Assembly: GCA_963713045.1 (NCBI GenBank)
Contig: CAVQKE010000003.1
Location: forward strand, 480,001 to 544,000
DNA: 64,000 nt
From: an uncultured delta proteobacterium
GTDB taxonomy: Bacteria; Myxococcota; Myxococcia; Myxococcales; Myxococcaceae
Reading direction: 5' to 3'
Each line of letters begins with the position of its first letter. Positions within the stretch are counted from its first letter, which is position 1. The translations under genes were made by a program, and so were the position numbers. Of the stretch, positions 61,694 to 64,000 are shown piece by piece. The notes beneath the pieces were generated by a model that searched no databases, was not told the DNA's origin, and worked only from the letters and a program-made list of their open reading frames with translations.

Positions 61694-64000
61694 TTACGGG
61701 CCGTAGGTGTAGAGGCTGGTCCCCAGCGTCGCGGGGTAAATAGCGAGCTGGCTCGTTCCCGAGTTGGAGACGATGACGTTTTGATTGCCATCGACGGCGA
61801 GGCCTTCGGGAGAGTAGAGGCCAGTTGCCGTGTCGGCCGGGGTCGGACACCCGGTCCCCAAGATGCTGCTGAGGGCGTACCCGTCGGCAAGGGCACCGTA
61901 GTAGTAGCTGACGTACAGCTGCTCCGAGGCCAGCGACAGCGCGATGGCCGTCACTCCGCCGGTGCAGGTTGACCCGCCAGCGGGCGTTGACATTTGGGTG
62001 AGCGGCGTCTCGTAGGCCAAGACGTTGCCGGTGCTGAGGCCTACCAAGAGATACCCATGGCCGTTGAGGGGGTCGACGAAGAAGGCCAGCGCACCCGGTG
62101 CGGGGAAGGTGTGTCCGGCGTAGTCGCTCGTCAGGTTGAGGGAGAAGGTGTACCCCATGCTGGGGTCGGTCGAGGAGTTGGGCGTAAAGACGGTGATGGA
62201 GTTACCGCTGTTCTCGGCCACGTACACGTTGCCGGCCGTGTCGACGGCGACGCCCAAGGGGCCGTAGATGTGGCTGTCGGAAATGAGGGCGATTTGGGCG
62301 TTGCTGGCCTGCGTGTCATAGACGGCGACGTAGCCCTGGCTTCCCTGGTGCCCCCACGTCACGAAGAGGTAGCGCCCGGACGCGTCGAACGCGAGCCGAG
62401 TCGGCGCGACCAGCCCTGAGCCGGCGCTGGGCGTGATGACGGCGGACAGGCTGAGGGTGGGACTCGACGCGGTGCCTGCTTCGTTGAAGACGAGCACTTG
62501 GTTGTTGCCGTAGTTGGCCACGTAGAGTTGACCGTTCTCGAACGCAAGGCCGTTCTGGCCATTCAGCTTCGCCGGCGGTGCTACCGGCGCGCACGTCACC
62601 AGGACGTTCGTCCCCAGCCCAGAGATGGTGCCGGTGCCGTATGCCACCGTGCACTGCTCGCCCGCCGGTAGCCCCGTGCTGCTGAGGACAGTGACCGTGT
62701 AGCTGGCACCAAGACCGAGCTGCGCCGGCAGGGTGAAGGAGCCATTGGCCGACACGACGACTTGGTCCCCGTTGACCGAATCCCCAATGGTGATGCCGGC
62801 TCCGGCCGGCAGCCCAGAGACCGTCCCATCCACGGTGTAGGTGGCGGGGGTGCAATCGACGACGATGGGGCCGAGGGAGTTGTTCTGGTTGCCATTGCTG
62901 GCAAGGCTGATGAAGGCGGTGGTGCTCGGGCTAAAGGTGCAGTTGACTCCCTGGATGAGGTTCGGCTCGAGCTCCATGATTCCCTTGTTGCCCCCGCAGT
63001 CGTTCGCATAGTCGTAGTTGGGAGACCCAGCGTAGCTTCCCGACTGGGGCGCGGTGGCATCGATGTTAAACGAAACGTTGGTCAGCGCTCCGCTTCCCGG
63101 CGCTCTTCCCCCCGCCCGAAAGACGTGTTGTCCCGAGTAGATGTCGTCCCCGCAGGTGAGGCTGATTTGCATGGCGAGGAACACACCGGCCGGCCCGGTG
63201 TAGTCGATGACTGCGCTGTAGCAATAGAAGGCGCTGGCGCTGGTGCACGGTGGCGGTGGCGGGGGCAGCCCCGAGAGTCCACCCGCTTGACCGGCGGACT
63301 GCGGGGCCTTGCAGACGTTCTTGGCGGAGGCCACGAAGGCCTGAATCGCCGTTTCGAGCGACTGCCCAAGGCTCGTTCCCTCGATTTGCGCGAGGTTGAT
63401 GGTGGTGTTGCCGATGGTGATTGAGGAACCGCCGGCCAACAGGCCAGTCGGGACGCCGGCGTTGGAGCTGAAGTCCAGGATGATGGCGTTCGTCAGGTCA
63501 ATGGTCGAGACCCCGTACTGCTGGGCCAGCTGAGCGATGCCCGCGAAGATGAGGGAAGCGTCGAAGTTCTCCTGGGTGGTCGTTGCGCCCCCGCAGTTGG
63601 CGTTGGTCAAGTCGAGGAGCGCCGTGGTGTCGAGGTTCTGTACGCCAAAATAATTCTGGACCAACGTGTTCGCGGCCGACGCGGCGCTCGCGGCGCTGAC
63701 GCCCTGCGCCATGTTCTCCAGCGCGAGGTTCGCGGCAATGGTGGTCAGGGCTGTCAGCTGTGCCGTCTGGGGCCCCGAGTTGGCCGTCACCGAAGGGAGG
63801 AAAGACGACAGGATGACCCCGGCGGGAACGGGTTGTGTCTGTCCGGTCACCGTGTCGGTGTAGCTGCCGCCGGTGCTTTCAAGAAGCACCGCACCGCTGT
63901 AGCTGCCGAGGTTGATGGTGTAGTTGCCGTTGTTGTCGCTCGTCGCGGTGGCGCAGGTCGACGGCGTCGTCGCGGGGGTCGCCGGGACGCACATTTCTTT
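61694..64000 (-). CDS. Large secreted/surface protein with Ig-like repeat and C-terminal NHL-like beta-propeller; 5' end outside the window
   Basis: Thr/Ser/Gly/Asn-rich; TVDGTVSGL...NGSFT repeat; LYVANYGNNQV, GPLGVAVDTAGNVYVAE, SPEGLAVD blades. Confidence 0.78.
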   Translation of the reverse strand, partial: KEMCVPATPATTPSTCATATSDNNGNYTINLGSYSGAVLLESTGGSYTDTVTGQTQPVPAGVILSSFLPSVTANSGPQTAQLTALTTIAANLALENMAQGVSAASAASAANTLVQNYFGVQNLDTTALLDLTNANCGGATTTQENFDASLIFAGIAQLAQQYGVSTIDLTNAIILDFSSNAGVPTGLLAGGSSITIGNTTINLAQIEGTSLGQSLETAIQAFVASAKNVCKAPQSAGQAGGLSGLPPPPPPCTSASAFYCYSAVIDYTGPAGVFLAMQISLTCGDDIYSGQHVFRAGGRAPGSGALTNVSFNIDATAPQSGSYAGSPNYDYANDCGGNKGIMELEPNLIQGVNCTFSPSTTAFISLASNGNQNNSLGPIVVDCTPATYTVDGTVSGLPAGAGITIGDSVNGDQVVVSANGSFTLPAQLGLGASYTVTVLSSTGLPAGEQCTVAYGTGTISGLGTNVLVTCAPVAPPAKLNGQNGLAFENGQLYVANYGNNQVLVFNEAGTASSPTLSLSAVITPSAGSGLVAPTRLAFDASGRYLFVTWGHQGSQGYVAVYDTQASNAQIALISDSHIYGPLGVAVDTAGNVYVAENSGNSITVFTPNSSTDPSMGYTFSLNLTSDYAGHTFPAPGALAFFVDPLNGHGYLLVGLSTGNVLAYETPLTQMSTPAGGSTCTGGVTAIALSLASEQLYVSYYYGALADGYALSSILGTGCPTPADTATGLYSPEGLAVDGNQNVIVSNSGTSQLAIYPATLGTSLYTYGP

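Overview
GC-rich bacterial chromosome segment, most likely from a myxobacterium (Myxococcota). This is inferred from a TIGR02266-like PilZ protein, a stand-alone EF-G of the mitochondrial-like/spd type, and many lipoproteins with DAG/DGG low-complexity linkers. It is densely coding (about 50 CDS). I saw no rRNA, tRNA, CRISPR array or transposase. Contents in order: a gluzincin peptidase; a five-gene MacB/LolCDE-like ABC + LolA-like + outer-membrane-barrel operon; gltBD with an isoaspartyl peptidase/asparaginase; an LpxL-type acyltransferase fused to a DUF6624-like domain; phhA; orphan fusA; trxA; a large lipoprotein lipase + FadL pair behind a candidate sigma54 promoter; fadN-fadA; a class II cytochrome c; rmuC; an M16 protease; a DTW/osmoprotectant-type ABC/MFS/zwf operon; a GYF-J-PilZ protein with a receiver protein; HNH, Smr and M20 genes; a form I (AYRCSFR) Mo-Cu CO dehydrogenase cluster; a three-gene transhydrogenase; an M1 aminopeptidase; and a truncated surface beta-propeller protein. 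The main highlight is the CODH cluster (mocA-like, xdhC::YHS, coxG, coxMSL, DUF2182). It has no adjacent coxD/coxE but carries two putative Cu-binding proteins, suggesting a possible alternative Cu-cofactor maturation route. The window also appears to avoid GATC almost completely, and it has four single-base-deletion frameshifts that are probably assembly errors. All family assignments come from motif recognition by eye, not from database searches.
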